From Vicugna vicugna (Eukaryota): a DNA stretch of 64,000 bases. The translations under genes and the position numbers were made by a program. The notes beneath the pieces were generated by a model, which worked only from the letters and a program-made list of their open reading frames with translations, had not been told where the DNA came from and did not search any database. Below, in pieces: positions 25,327 through 38,997 of this stretch; the stretch's first letter is position 1, and every line of letters begins with the position of its first letter. The DNA lies in contig MU058584.1 in NCBI GenBank assembly GCA_013265495.1, positions 7,592,407 through 7,656,406 of the forward strand. Reading direction: 5' to 3'.

Positions 25327-28300
25327 TGCCTTGGCAAGAGTGTTTCTGTGCACTTTGCAATGACTGATGTCTGTCACAGTGCACACATGATAGAGGGGGT
25401 GCAAGTGTTGGGGGAAACATGAGCTCAGACTACCATCATGGCTGTTCTTTTTTGACCTTTTGGAAGGGAAATATGTTCCTCGGGGTTGGTTATTGGCTGA
25501 TTCAGAGGGGTTGTTACCAGCAGGAAAGAGATCAACCCTGAGAACAAAGATTATGAAGATTTAATAATGAGGACTCTTCTGCATAAAGGGTGCAACAGTC
25601 TGATGAAACTCTGTGCAGCTGAAGTTTCTGACCAAAAATCAAAGCTCTCATGTTAATGTGCAGTTATAAAAACCCCAAACTGGAGTCTTAAATAGCAGGA
25701 TGGCTGGCTTTGTTGGTGAAACTGAACTAGATCAGTGCTCTGGCTTTGAAGGTGCCTTAAAATGGATGGAGGAGGGTGGGGTCAACATTTGCCTTGGCTT
25801 CTGCGCCCTTGATGTATTCCAGCTGGATGGAAGCGGGAGGGTGTGGGGAACGGAGGGGGAGACTGAAAAGTGTGTGATAGATTTGTGAAACCAGGCAACA
25901 CACACAAATGGTGGAAATTATTTTAATGTTGTTGTTGTAATAGACAAATGAGTAATTGAGTAGTTCATAAAATCGTCCAAATTTTAATTCAACTTTTCCA
26001 AAAGATTAGCACTGCTTCTCACTTATATTAGTTACGTGATAGTAATGTAGTTGCGGGAGACAGTCTTATGTTTAGCAGGGTGATTTGTTTTTCTTTTTTT
26101 TCTGTGGAGAATTATTAGTGCTTCATCCTACCAGGTGGCCCACTTAAAATGGGCCTCCTCGAATACAAAAAGCATTGAAAAGAATCTGTTATAGAAGGGT
26201 CTGCCTGAATATTTAAACCAGCTGGAATTCATCAAAATTGCTATTCATAAGCCATACATATAGAATTTAAAACAAATGTGGGAAATCTCGGAGTTTAATT
26301 TGATGGAATGTGCTATTATGGAATAAGTTGACATAGATGGTTGGCATTGAAAATGTGTCACTTTATAAATTTATATCTTGCTATTAGTGCTTATGACCCA
26401 GGTAATAATGTTTCATAAAGTTAAAAATAATATAAGAAAAGTACAAGATAGGCATTTGTAAAGGAGCAAAGGGGTGAACTCAGCCCACTAATAGTTTACC
26501 TTTTTAAAACAGCAGGTAACTTCTGAAATTGATGAAAGATTTTTCCACAAAGTAAAGGGCAATATTTCCAACTAATATTACCATTATTGGAAAAAAAACA
26601 TTTGGACGAAGTTTTAGTTCTTATACCATATAATGCATTTTAATCAGTAAGTATGTCTGATTGTGGTCACTTGACGTAACTCTGAGTCTCTGTCTATAAT
26701 TTCATGCGTTTCATCTCTTGTTTGTCGGTTAAGTAGCCCGAGCTCTGGGGGTATGCTAATAGCCAGCCTGAGCCTGATGAGGATCAGGGAGCCAGCTGCT
26801 GACATCTTTGGGAGGTGCTAACCCTGAGACCATTCAAGAAGCTTTTATGATTTGCCTCTTTCACTAGTGATTCACTGATGACTTAAAGGCATTCGTAAAA
26901 TTCCCCAAGGAAAACACGTCTCCATAGCAGGAGTCATCCGTTTGTCATGTTTTGCTGGGTCAGGTTCTTCTGGGTAATAAAATACTCAGTTTAGCAGAAT
27001 TTACTGATTTTTTTAAAATAATTATACAACGTGCAATAAGACGCAAACATTCTAAGCTGCTGCTCGTTAAGTCTACCTCTCGGATGATGCAGAAAGGCCC
27101 TCGGGGGTCTCCTGGCACCTGGAGCCACCACCTGCGTGGTGAGCACTCGGTACAGCGCTGCGAGGGATCTTTGGGTCCCGGCGAGAGCTGGAGTGTTGGT
27201 CGAAGAGTGCCAAAGGTAGAAGCACTTACTGTTTTGATTTTTAATTGAAGAGCGGCTACTTTGGAGGTGCTGATGTTTATTGTCCCTATGCCTTAATCCT
27301 TAGTTGCTTACGTTATGAATCAGGAATAGTTTGTGCAAAAATATAAGGCTAATACCTTTAAAATAGGACCATGATACTGACCCTGGACTCTGGCACAAAA
27401 GAGCCTCCATCACAAACAGCACATCTGCGTGCTGTTTTCCTTTAGCTTAGAGTTTCAGTATAAATGGAAAACACTGGAAGACAAGCTGTGCTGTCTCCAG
27501 AGTATAGATCTGGAGTCTTCGAAAGGAGAGTATGAGATTCTTTTTCCCTCTCATGCTGGAATGCTTGTTCTGACTTGTCCCCAAGGCAACATACCTGACC
27601 TGTTGCCTGCCATCTGTGTGAGCGGCTATAAAAGGTGACTCATTTGAGACTCACAAAGGCTAATTGTTTATTTAGCGAATGGTATTTCATTCTTTGTGAT
27701 ACTAACCAGACACTAAAGAGAATGAAGCCTAGTCAATTAATGTTTCTTTAGATGCGCTGGATGAATAGATTTATCCTCCTACATACATTAATTGTAGTAA
27801 CACCCACACGTATGTGCACACACACGTATATCATAAGGTGTATGGAGCAACCCTCCTGTTCATTTTCTCAATGACAGCGAAATTGATTTGCTTCATGCAC
27901 CTTTAGTCTGTGCTTAGAGTTTGAGAGCTAATCCTCCAAACTCGAAGAAAAAAAAAATCTACAGGAGATACGCAGATTTACATGATAAATGCATGATGGG
28001 ACAAAACACCAAGGGTCTCATTCTTCCTTGAACAATTACATGTATTTTATTGTTTCTCCTTAAAAAGTAAATTTTCCTTTTTGTGAGGAGATCACAGTTC
28101 CTCCAGACAATTTTTCCATCCAGGCCCATTACTTATTTTTCCTTTGAAAATGTTTTTCTGTTGGCATAGTGATATCCTAAATTGCTTCGGGTTGAGTCTG
28201 TCTCCTCCGCAGAGGGGTTTCCCTGGACCACGGATTCCAAGTCAGTGTCTTCCTTAGTTAAGACCAGAATCTAGGACTTTCTGAATCAGTTTGGGGAACG

Positions 28301-30439
28301 TAAACAAATATAATACAGTAACAGGGAGGTTTGGGGTTTTTTTTCTTGGTTTGAGCACACATTAAATCAGAATGTCATTTTCAGAACTGAGGCTTTCAGG
28401 GAAAAAGTAATCGCCATGTTTTGTCCTAGAGTGAAGACATGTAATTCCTTCTTTAATTTGATGCCCTTGGTTGGTAGGCATTTCTAGAAATTTAATAAAT
28501 GTTTGATTTTATTTCTTTGTTAAAGACTATAAATTTTGGTTAAGTATCTTTGATACTACATTAGGCAAATTGAAGGTAGAAAAAAAAAACCCTAAAAATA
28601 TAAAGAATAAAATACTGTAACAGAAGATCTCAACTTTCTTAATGATGTTGGTGTAGAAACAAATGAAAACTAAAAAGATGCCTACGCTCAAAAATGAATA
28701 CTTCAAAAAATGTTGTTATAGGGACAAGCTACATCTAATCTCCTCTCCTATGAATCTTGTATTACTCTTGAAAGAGAAATTTACTATCACCTTACTTAAC
28801 GTCATTCTTTTAAACTAAAGGATTCTTACATGTCCCCCAGTGGAATTATGAAGTTGACTGTCTTGGTTGGAGAGGAGGATTTGAAAAGGAGAACCAGAAC
28901 TGAAACATACTGAAACATGTTTAAAAAAAAATGCCATGTTAAAAATAACTAAGTTTTTATTAAGTTCTAGTTAGGTTAAATGCAATAATCTTATACACAG
29001 TGGAAGGCTTCGATATTTGAGAAGAAGGAAGGGAAATCTGATTTGAACACCTGTTTTAACAACATTTAAAAAATACTTTGTCTAGTAATTTTCCAACACA
29101 TTTAGCAGGACAAGGGGGCATTGTCAGCCTCCACTAGTGGGGAAAGTAATTATTACCTCGAGTACTGATGTTGGCGATCCACTGGATTCTAGCCACCTGT
29201 TGCAAAGACAGAGTGTGCCTAGTCAAACGTCACCAAAATATGTAACACTAGGGAACACGGGTGTTAAGTCCACCTTCATTTGTTTTGCCTCTCATGCCAG
29301 ATAAACTCGTAAACTCCTGTTCTTGGTCATGTGTGAGAGAGTATAAGTAGGCAGTGAAAACCCATTTCAGACTTCAAAACGTCTTACTGACGATGTGTGT
29401 TATAATCTTGGTAGATGAAAGGGGCAGACAGTACAGTGTCAGAAGGTATATTTCCTCTCTAATATTTAAAATGACTGAAAGAACATTCTAAGTAGTTTAG
29501 GCACAGTCAGCTTGATTAGGGTTATTTATTTTCTTTGAATAATGTATATGCCTTCCTTGATTTTCTTAAAGAAGTTTAGCAAATGAATTTCCCTGGCATT
29601 TAAGGAGAGCCCATCTGGTTCACTTAATTTGTGCATAAGCCAATAAGAATATCATTAAAGTTGAAAGAAAGAATGAACACTCACTGGCCTCAGTGTTATT
29701 TTAGTTCTATGTGCATATGAAAATAAATTGTCTCAATCATTGCAACGCTAATAAACCCTTGATTCTTTTCTGGCAAACCAGTCTTAAAAGAGCATTGCTA
29801 ATGCCTAGCTTTTGAACCCCTAACTTTAATCTTAAACTGTTGGAGAAAAGGACAATTCAGTTGAAGGCACAAAGCTTCAGTAAGTGAGTTGGAGTCTATA
29901 TTATGTTCCCAAATTTATTAATCTTGCCAAATAGACTCTACATGGAAGCAAGAATTGATCTGCTATTTAGAAAGCTCACAGGGTCACAGGATAGGGACTT
30001 CTAAAGGATGTTTGGGCTTATTTATATATTTTTATTTTTCCTATTGTGTCTAAAAAGGAGTGACTCCACTGTAGTTAATTAAAAATAATGACAATAATGA
30101 AGTCTTACATTGTAACTTTTTTGACATTTTTTTCCAACAGTATTTTAGACATCTTCTTTCTGTGTGTTCTATGATATTTTTGAATGGAGTTGGTTTAACA
30201 CTGTCCCCAAATAGAAGAAATTCTTTATGCTTCTGATTTGGAAATATGTTATCAAGTATGATTTTTAGAATTTTTATTTTGGTAAGTTTTGTTTTGAAAC
30301 TTAAGCTCTTACAGAAGCATTTCTAATCAAAAAGGAGAAATATATTCCTTTTGTTAATTTATCTTAATGTGATTATCACACTGTACAGTGAAATCATGCA
30401 GAATCACTGTAGTTAATGAGAGTGTAAAATCCTCTCCCT

Positions 30440-31900
30440 ATATTTGGTAGATCAGCTGGACAAAAACCAAAATGAAAAAGGATGTGGTTGATGCAAGAAA
30501 TAAGGTTGATTCAAAAGATATGTATGTATATATTTAAAAACTATATAAATATTGGATGTCTAATGGGCTTTAGAAAACTAGAGATACACAGCAAACTTTA
30601 AATGTGAAAACCTGTCTACCTAGAAATGAAGAGAATACTCTCCAAAAGTGGATCCAAATGGAAATCGATGCTTCATTTACAGACTATTTGAAATATAATA
30701 ACAATGAAAACACTATATAGGAAATATTATAAAATATACCCAAAGTTATACACAGAGAAAATTTTAATAACTTTAAGTAGAATAATTATTTTAATAGAAG
30801 TAAATCAATTTAAAAGATCAGAAGGAGAGCAACAAAAAAAATAAAAGGAAAGAAAGCAATTAATGATTAAAGTAAAAGTTAATGAATTAGAAAATAGTAA
30901 AAAAAAATGCAAGCTTAAACTACGTACAAATTTGAAGCTATTGTATGGGACAAAAGACAGCAAACAATTAAAAGGAAAATGACCAATTTGTAAAATATTC
31001 ACAGCATATATGTCATACAAAAGATTAAATGTCCTCAAAATAGAATTGTTTCTATTCAGTTTATTTGAAATATAACAAAACCCAGTCTATCAGGAAAAAA
31101 GAAAGCTGGCTAACTCAATAGACATTCATTTAAGACCAAAAATTAAAAAATAAAAAGGCATAACTAGACGGTAAAAAAAAGGTTCAATTTCACTAGCAAC
31201 TAGGAATTGCAAATTAAAATAGCTGTCCAGACATTATTTTTGAGCTTTCAAATTATGAGAAATGTGATAGAATGGTCATGATAGGTGGTAATGAGGAAGC
31301 TATCCTTCCCATGTACTACCTGTGATATATACCATGTATATATACCATGTATCCTCTGATACACTTAGCCTTCCTGGAGGGTGGCCAGTTTGGTGGTGTG
31401 CATCACATGCCTTGGCTATGTGCCAACTTTTTGGCCAAGCAATTCCACTTCTAAAAATTTGTTTTTATCAAATAATTCAACAGTTTTACCAAGGTATTTG
31501 TTCAAAAGTGATTTTGAAACATTATTCATAATTACCAATGTTTAAAAACTGTATCAATATCCATCATAGATAATTGGTTAAATAGAGTATGGTACATCAA
31601 TGAAATAACATGAAGCAAATTTTTAAAATTAAAGATGTATGTATATGTATATGTAAAGATGTAAATTTATACAAAGATATAAATATATCAATTGCAATGG
31701 AAATTTTCATGGTAAATTCACTGGGAAAAAAACCCATGAATAAAAGATTTACATTTTTGCTTTTAAAATTTTGTAGAGGATATTTATTTGTATATATTTC
31801 CACATAGAAATCCTGAGAAGACTGAAAAAGATCTTACCAAAATGTTAATTGTATGGGCAATTTTAAGTTTTGTTCCCATGTCATTTTCTCATTTTCTTGA
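30440..31900 (+). mobile_element. Ancient L1ME-type fragments (ORF2 pieces + 3' UTR)
   Basis: A-rich; ggttcaatttcactagcaactaggaattgcaaattaaaa; ccaagcaattccacttctaaaaattt; ttaaatagagtatggtacatcaatg. Confidence 0.65.
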
Positions 31901-32131
31901 TAACTGCCTTTTGTGCCGTTTTCTCAAAAAGATTTTAAAACACACAGAAAAATGAAAAAGAGGAAGATATTTAAATGGAGGATGGTGAAAAATAAACATA
32001 AAATTATGAAAATAGTATTCAGAAGGAGAGATATAGAACATAAATGGATTAAACTTTGTAGAACAGTAAAAGATAATATAAGTAAATAGTGGAAATTAAT
32101 CATCTGAGACTACAAAGTTGGCATAACTATG

Positions 32132-32183
32132 TATTATTATTATTATTAGTAGTAGTAGTAGTAGTATTATTATTATTATTATT
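32132..32183. repeat. Compound (TAT)n(TAG)n(TAT)n trinucleotide repeat
   Basis: Read directly. Confidence 0.9.
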
Positions 32184-32815
32184 TTGAATACATAGATTTT
32201 GTTAAGTCCTTTCCCTTTACCCTGCCTGTACAAATATGTTATTTTCCTTACTGAATTACATATTGTTGAAGGCTCATGTTATGAGTCTCTGAACACTCAG
32301 ATTCCCCCGTTACCTCAGATTCTCAATAGTGTTTTTATTTCAAATGCTCAAATTCCTTGATACCCAGCCTCCCCATCTTCCTCGACCAATCATTCTTCCT
32401 TAAATTCCAACTTTGTGCCTGTCAGCACTATTGCCCACTATGACTGTGTTGTGCGTGATGTACAAATAATGTACATTATCTGAGGATTATCAGGAAGCCA
32501 TTCCATGGCCTAATTTCTGACCCTTGATCTTCCGCTGTTTTAAAATCTAATTGAAGTTTAAAGATGAAGACATAAAATGTTAGGATAATGAAAAGAATTA
32601 TGTAAAATTTAAATTTAAAAGTTGATTCATTTGCCTTGAATCCGTTCATTTATGTAACAAAATGTATAGTCTGAGAATTGAAAAGCAGGATGATAATTGA
32701 AATACTAAGATCAGAATTAGAGTCCCTACTAAGAATTGTTCCCTTTGAGGGGAAAAGTCATCCTTTTGGTTTCAGAGAGTCATGTTGGCCATTGAATATT
32801 TACTCTGTGTTTGCT

Positions 32816-32850
32816 TACCAGACACCTACCAGACACCCTACCAGACACCT
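32816..32850. repeat. Three tandem copies of an 11-12 bp unit taccagacacc(c)
   Basis: taccagacacc taccagacaccc taccagacacc read directly. Confidence 0.85.
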
Positions 32851-33109
32851 CCAGTTCAAACAAGACCCAAAAGACTTAGAAGTATAAAGTATCTGGTTCC
32901 TTTGTACCATATCTGAGCACAAATGGATTAAGGCTGATGGTAATAAAAGCCAGTGACTTAACCTGATTTTAAAGTATAAACAGAGTTTTTTTTTAAGTTA
33001 AAATTGAAGAAAACATTTTCAGCACATATGGTAGACAAAGAATTAATATCTTATGTTTGCCAAAGTTAAATTTCTTAGAAATCAGTAAGAAAAGACAGCA
33101 ATAAAGATG

Positions 33110-34025
33110 AGAGGAGTGGTGTTTAGAGGGAAAATCGGGAGGCTGCTAAGTCCGTGCAGAGGAGAGGTGATGCTGTCTTGGGTTAGGGTCACTGCAGTGG
33201 AGATGGTGAGAAGCAGTTGGATTCGGGGTGTATTTTGGTGGTTAAGCCACACCTTTAAGATTTACAGATGGATTGGATTTGAAAAAATGAGAGAAAGAGT
33301 AAAATAAGAAAAGATTCGTGGATCTCGGATGATGGGTATGTGTTAGTGCTATTTAACAAGATGAGTAAGATGGGGAAAGGAGAAAATAGTCATTTTGTTT
33401 TGACCATGTTCAATTCGGGATGCCTAGTACACAACGGTGTTTAGTCAGGATAGGTTAAATTATGCTGCTGCAACAGAGAACCCCCCAAATCTTGTGGCTT
33501 CAAACTATAAGATTTCTTTCTTGATCATGCTCCATGTACATCTCCAGTTGTCTGGGGCTCTACTTCTCGTTATTCTGACTTGAGGAGTCAAGCTGATAAG
33601 ATTATCGCTAATCACCATGGCAGAGGAAAATAATGAGTGGAGAATCACACAGTGGCTGTGAATGCTTCTATATGAATGTGACATGTCATTTCCATACCCT
33701 TTTTGTTGTCCAAAGCAAGCCATGTGGCTACACCTAAACTCCTATGGACAGGAAAGATCATCTTACCAGGTACCTTGGCGGAGAACTAAATATCTGAATG
33801 TCTGTTTTAAGCATTCAAATGGAGATACCTTCTAGGCAGTTAAATATAAATCTAAGTTCAGAGGAGAGATCTTCGGACAGAGATTTAGAAGTTGCTAGGT
33901 ATTTAAAATCTCAACACCTAAGGAGAAAATGTAGAACCAAAAAGAAGAGAGCTGAGGACAGAAGTATCCATTCTTTAGGAATATAGTAGAAGAGGAGAAA
34001 CCAGCAAAGGAGACTGAGAAAGAAC
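33110..34025 (-). mobile_element. L2 fragment split by an MLT1 LTR
   Basis: L2 text (gcagtggagatggtgagaagcagttggattcggggtgtattttgg; tttgaccatgttcaattcgggatgcct ... caaatggagatacc...aggcagtt...gaggagaaaccagcaaaggagactgagaa) resumes after the LTR. Confidence 0.7.
33438..33795. mobile_element. MLT1-type (ERVL-MaLR) solo LTR
   Basis: 'tagtcaggataggttaaattatgctgctgcaacagagaaccccccaaatcttgtggcttcaaac...' and 'tgtgacatgtcatttcc...ttgtccaaagcaagccatgtggctacacctaa' are MLT1K/L-like. Confidence 0.75.
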
Positions 34026-35137
34026 AGTTGTGTATGTGTGTGTGCGTGTGCACGCATGCATGCATGCACATGTAGACACATACATGTTTCTGTATGTATT
34101 TATATGAGCATAGAGAAAGGTGTAGAAAGTGCATCTGAAGAAAAATTAGAAGTTATTTGTAACTTCTCTAGACATCCATGTGTTAACTTATTTGTTACTG
34201 CATTTGTGTATTATCTTTATAAACTTAGAAATGCAATATGGTAAGAAAAAAACATTGTACAGAAAGTGTATGGGAGGAAGTTGGAGAGGGAGCAACAACT
34301 TTTAAGTAGACTGAGCGATTGAGGTTGAGGCACTTGGTAGGAAGCTAGAAGAAGGCCAGGTGAGCGTATGCTGAACCCAGTTGGTAATGATAATACGGAA
34401 GCCATATACTTGGATATTAAAAATTAAGCACTCTAAATGGATGGAGCAGGTAGACAAGAATCCCAGAACAAAACCTAAAATAAGCCACTTGGTTAGGACT
34501 CTAGTTTTTTTTTAAGAAACAATAAAGAGGACTAGCATGTATTAACCTGAAACTGTGTTCCTTTTCTAAAGCATTTGCATTTTGTTTGCCTCAACTTGAT
34601 ACCTATTATTTTAGCCCAGAATTAGGAATGTATTTCCCTTAATTATTGGGATAAGCAGAATCTAATAAAAGTTCTAAAATGAAAACAGAATAGTATTTAA
34701 ATAAATAGATTTAGAAAATATAATCAATTACATGCCAACTAATCGAATTAGCCCTAAAATAGAAAAGGCTAGTGTTCTTTGGGGATATAACACAAAATGG
34801 GGCACTAAAGAACAACTTTGCATGATGACAACACATTCTTCAGCAGAAATTGTTATGACTGACCAAGTTTTAATTGACGAAAGGTTCTATTTCGGGTATT
34901 TTCATTTTCCTCTTTGAAGTAGTTAGCCACTAGTCTCACAAATTTGTCACATGGCTTCAAAGAGGGGAATTGGTGACACTTCAAGGAATTAGGCCAAAAA
35001 AAAAAAGGGGGGGGCCCACTTGATACAAACAGCAAAACAGAACTTTTTAAAAAAGGATCAGTGTGGTGAAATCTCTCAATCACTGCAATTGTTCCCTCAA
35101 GTAAGAAATTGAAAAAAAGTATTGTTTCCATTTAGAT

Positions 35138-35326
35138 CAGTGGTTCTCAGCTAGGGGTGATTTTGCTCCCTGGGGACCTTTAATACGTCTGGAGGCATTT
35201 TGGATTGCTGGACCAGGGAGTGCTACTAGTGAGTGGAAGCCAGTATCCTATTATTCACATGTTAGCCTCTGCAGTAAAGAAATATCCAGTCATACAAGTC
35301 AGTAGAGTCCAAGTTGGTAAATCCTG
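35138..35326. mobile_element. MER20 (hAT-Charlie MITE)
   Basis: cagtggttctcagctaggggtgattttgctccctggggac...tctggaggcattttgg...aaatcctg. Confidence 0.8.
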
Positions 35327-37236
35327 ACCTGGCTTGAGATAAGTATGCAAGATCCTCCTGTACCAAATCTAGCCTATGGAAACTCGGACCTGCGACCTTC
35401 ACCATCTGAGCCTGATTCACCTACGACTGGTTGAAATACTGGAATCTTTTCAGACTGCAAACTCTGGTTAAGCAGTCTGTTATACTGCAGCACTGTCTGC
35501 ATCATACGAAAAATGTTCCCTGCCCTTTGATTTGATGGGTTGCCTTAGAAAGTATGGCAATAACTGAAAAGATTTTCAAACTTGGGCTTGTGTACTTGGA
35601 CAAGTGATACAGGGTCAAGGACTGTAAGTGTTACAAAGAATTGCCTTCAACACTTTTTTGTGAACATATGTCTTTCATTAAATAAGAAAAGCCCGATTTT
35701 TGTAAATTGGGTAACTTTTATGTGCTTCCACTAAAAGCCTATTTCAAAATTGGAATTCCATGGAAACAAAAAAAAAGTTAAAATCTTTCTATATTTGAGC
35801 ATTAGAACAAGACATAAAAATAGACTCAGTAAAGTACAGTTAAAATCTGAGTCTTTATCAAGAAAAAAAAACTTTTCTAATGTTCCAACCTAATCATCAT
35901 TGTTCTGCCTTTTCCATGTGGTCCAACAATTCAACTCATGGGTTGTCAAGTGGAAACTTTTCTTGACTAAAGTATGGAATGTATTGTCTGCCAATAAATT
36001 TTTTTTCTAAAAACTCACTTTAAGATGTCTAAGACATCCAGACCCAAAAATAAAGCCACCCACATCAATTTGCTCAGCCCATGTATAAAGGTAGACTTTG
36101 TTGAGCATTGAAGCATAAACGTTGATACTTCGATTTTCGTAAAATGTGACAGAATTACTGAAGTCAGTTACAGAACCCCAGTTTTATGAGGGCTATTAAC
36201 AATTTTACATTTCCAATTCATATGAAGTGCTGAGAGGGTTACAGCTATGATAAATTATAGAAGTATGAAAGTATAAAATGTACAATATTGTAGATGTATA
36301 GGATACAAATATCACATCAGAGAGTGGCAGACATCTTAAATTTCAGCTTGGATTCTGTAAAGTGACACGATAGTTGTGGTCCAGGAATAGGTCCTTAAGA
36401 AAGACAGTGTATTACAACTGCTTCACAAGTAGAAAGTCCTCCCAAATAGTGAAAATGCGATACTTACATTTTAAGTACTAGACAGGGAACATTAGGTACG
36501 AATTTGGCAGAACAGCATTTTGCACGTTGGTTAATTTGGGTGATGTTCTGCTATGTGTTACATTTATTGGGCTATGACTTGTTTAATGTCTGTCTTTTTA
36601 ACTGTACTTCAGACTCCATGAAGACAAGATCCCCTCTTTGGTTTTGTTAACTTATTATATCCCTAGAACTTGGGACAATAGAGTTTTGAGGGGAGAAGTA
36701 GGTGAAAGTACAAAGGAGGGAAATCAGAATTCTCTGATTGCTTCTTTCTAGTAAGAATAGAGAAGGAAAACGTAGTGACATTGGGACAGAAGTAGCTTCC
36801 AGAATCTCTAGCTATTAACCTGGTCACCATGATTCATTCACCTAAAATTTCTGTAACCAATTCTCCAGTACATTAAAATTTTTACATTGCCAGACTATTT
36901 GCTAATGAAGTAAATTTCTAGGGTTTTTTTTTTTCTCCAGTGTGTGTAAGTTAAATCTGATTGTGCTTGACTTCCAGCTCTATCAACATATTTTGTACCC
37001 TGGGAAAAAGAACTTTTTATATCTTATTTTTTTCTCAAAATAAGGTTAATAACATTACTATAAAAAGGGAAACCCTCAGAATTGTTTAATTCCTTCATCC
37101 TTTCTGTGCTCCCAGATCAGGGGATGATCTTCCTCTTTGACAGAGCCATCTCTTCAGCATATATTTAGGCTTTGCTTTATCAGTTATTTCCATGTCTTGG
37201 ATTTTCATTCTCTTTCCAACTGGCTTTTTCTTTGAC

Positions 37237-37265
37237 AGATAGATAAATAGATAGATGGATGGATG

Positions 37266-37311
<46 letters not shown>
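37237..37311. repeat. (GATA)n/(GATG)n tetranucleotide microsatellite
   Basis: Read directly; explains the LSIY-repeat ORF at 37095-37397. Confidence 0.95.
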
Positions 37312-37431
37312 AGGTTTAAATATGGATATATAGAGAGATGTCTATGTCTTTGTAGACTAATGGACTCTTCTTTCCTCCACCTGAGTTTCTCATTCAAAAC
37401 CAGTGTATTTCTCTTTTTCCCTTCACCATTA

Positions 37432-37825
37432 GATATCTTTAATCCAGCTCATTTAACTCTCACAACAGTCCTGTAAGGCAGTGGTTCTCAGGGTTGGGGT
37501 GGGGGGTGGATTGGGAATGTCTGGAGACATTTATGACTGTCACAACTGGGTTGAGGGCTGCTCTTGGCATCTAGTGGGCAGTGGTCAGGGATGCTACTGA
37601 ACATCCAATAAGGCACAGGACAGCCATCTGCAGCAAAGAATTATCCTGTACTGCTGTTGAGAATCCCCACTGTAAAGTAAACATTATCTCCTCCATTCTA
37701 GGGATGAAGAACATGAGGCCTAGTAAAGGTTGCAAACTAGCCAGAGATCACATATCTAATAAGTGAAGGAATCAGGATTTAATTCAAACCCAGTTTCTAA
37801 TTGAAAGTTCATGAACTTTCTAATA
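37432..37825 (-). mobile_element. MIR SINE interrupted by MER20
   Basis: ctcatttaactctcacaacagtcctgtaagg | MER20 | taaacattatctcctccattctagggatgaagaacatgaggcc...ttcaaacccag. Confidence 0.8.
37479..37669. mobile_element. MER20 inserted into MIR, 8-bp TSD (ctgtaagg / ctgtaaag)
   Basis: cagtggttctca...aatgtctggagacattt...tgtcacaactggg...ggcatctagtgggcag...tgagaatcccca; TSD at 37471-37478 and 37670-37677 (1 mismatch). Confidence 0.85.
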
Positions 37826-38499
37826 TACACACTCAATTTCATTATAATTTTTATTATTGTATGTAAATTTAGAGTAAACATCTTAATGCATAATTACTCA
37901 TATACAGTTGATTATTTCCTTACGGAAGACTTGTAGAAGTGGAATTGGTATCAAAGGGAATCAGTAATTATAGAGGGTTTGATTACTCTCCTCAAAGCTA
38001 GAGCCACTCACATTCATAGCATCTCACCTAACCATAACCTACAAGGAGTATTACAGTTCTCTTTTACCTTATTTAATCTTTGCCAGTTTGATCATTTGCC
38101 TTTCCTTTATTTAAAAAAAAAAAATTCCCTATGAAGAACAGTGCCAGGAACAAAGTCAGTACCATGATTTTTTGTACTCTCATTAAGCTTTGTTAAAATG
38201 CCCTGGTTCTGGACCCAGTGGTTGTCCTGACTCCCAGTACCATCCTCATTCTCCAAATGTCACCCCTTTTCCAAGCTTACTGTTTACCAAGGACTTTACC
38301 ATTTGCTAATGCCCTGAAAGGCATCAGTTGGGCTACCTGTTGCTGAGCTGCTGCTCGGCTTTTACCTTCAGAGTCTGTTCATAGCCCGCGTCTTTGCTCC
38401 AGGGTATTCTCACATGCCGGCTGCAAACCATCTCCATCTAGGTATTATCTCCTCCAGCAGTTCTCCGCTTCTGTATTTTCTTATATAGAAGTTCTATAT

Positions 38500-38790
38500 A
38501 GCAATATTTCCCAAAGTATGCTCAGTCTATTGAAAGGAAAAAGAGATGTTTTGATGATCAGAAATGTTTGGGTTATTGCATTTTATCTTTACCTCTTTTC
38601 CGAAAAGACACAGACTACATTAGCATTTTTGAAAATTTGGGCATGCTGGAAGAAAACAACATGTCAGTGTGTTTGACACTGCAATTCTTGAACTTATTTT
38701 TATCACATAATGCCCCCACTCCATTTTTTAAACCAACACCTGTCATCATCTTGTAATCACTGTTTGATGGGGACACTTTCAGAATAGGCA
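38500..38790. mobile_element. Ancient hAT-Charlie-type DNA transposon (same type as 4632-4800)
   Basis: caatatttcccaaagtatg start; cacactttcagaa-like end; internal similarity to 4632-4800. Confidence 0.45.
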
Positions 38791-38812
38791 AAAAGACTAG
38801 GAGCCTCTAGCT

Positions 38813-38997
38813 CAGAGTTTCTCAGCACGGTCCATCTGACCTGCACCGGACACACCCACGTTGCTTGTTAAAGATGCAAACTCCAGGGCCCAAGTCTTCT
38901 GAATCTGAATAGTTGGGGATGGCACCTGGGAATGTGCATTTTTAAATAAGCTGCCAGGATAAATTTCCAACGTCAAAAGTTTTGGAATTTACTACTG
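38813..38997. mobile_element. MER5-type hAT MITE
   Basis: cagagtttctcagc...cttgttaaagatgcaaactccagggccc...ctgaatctgaa...ctgggaatgtgcatttttaaataagctgccagg. Confidence 0.75.
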
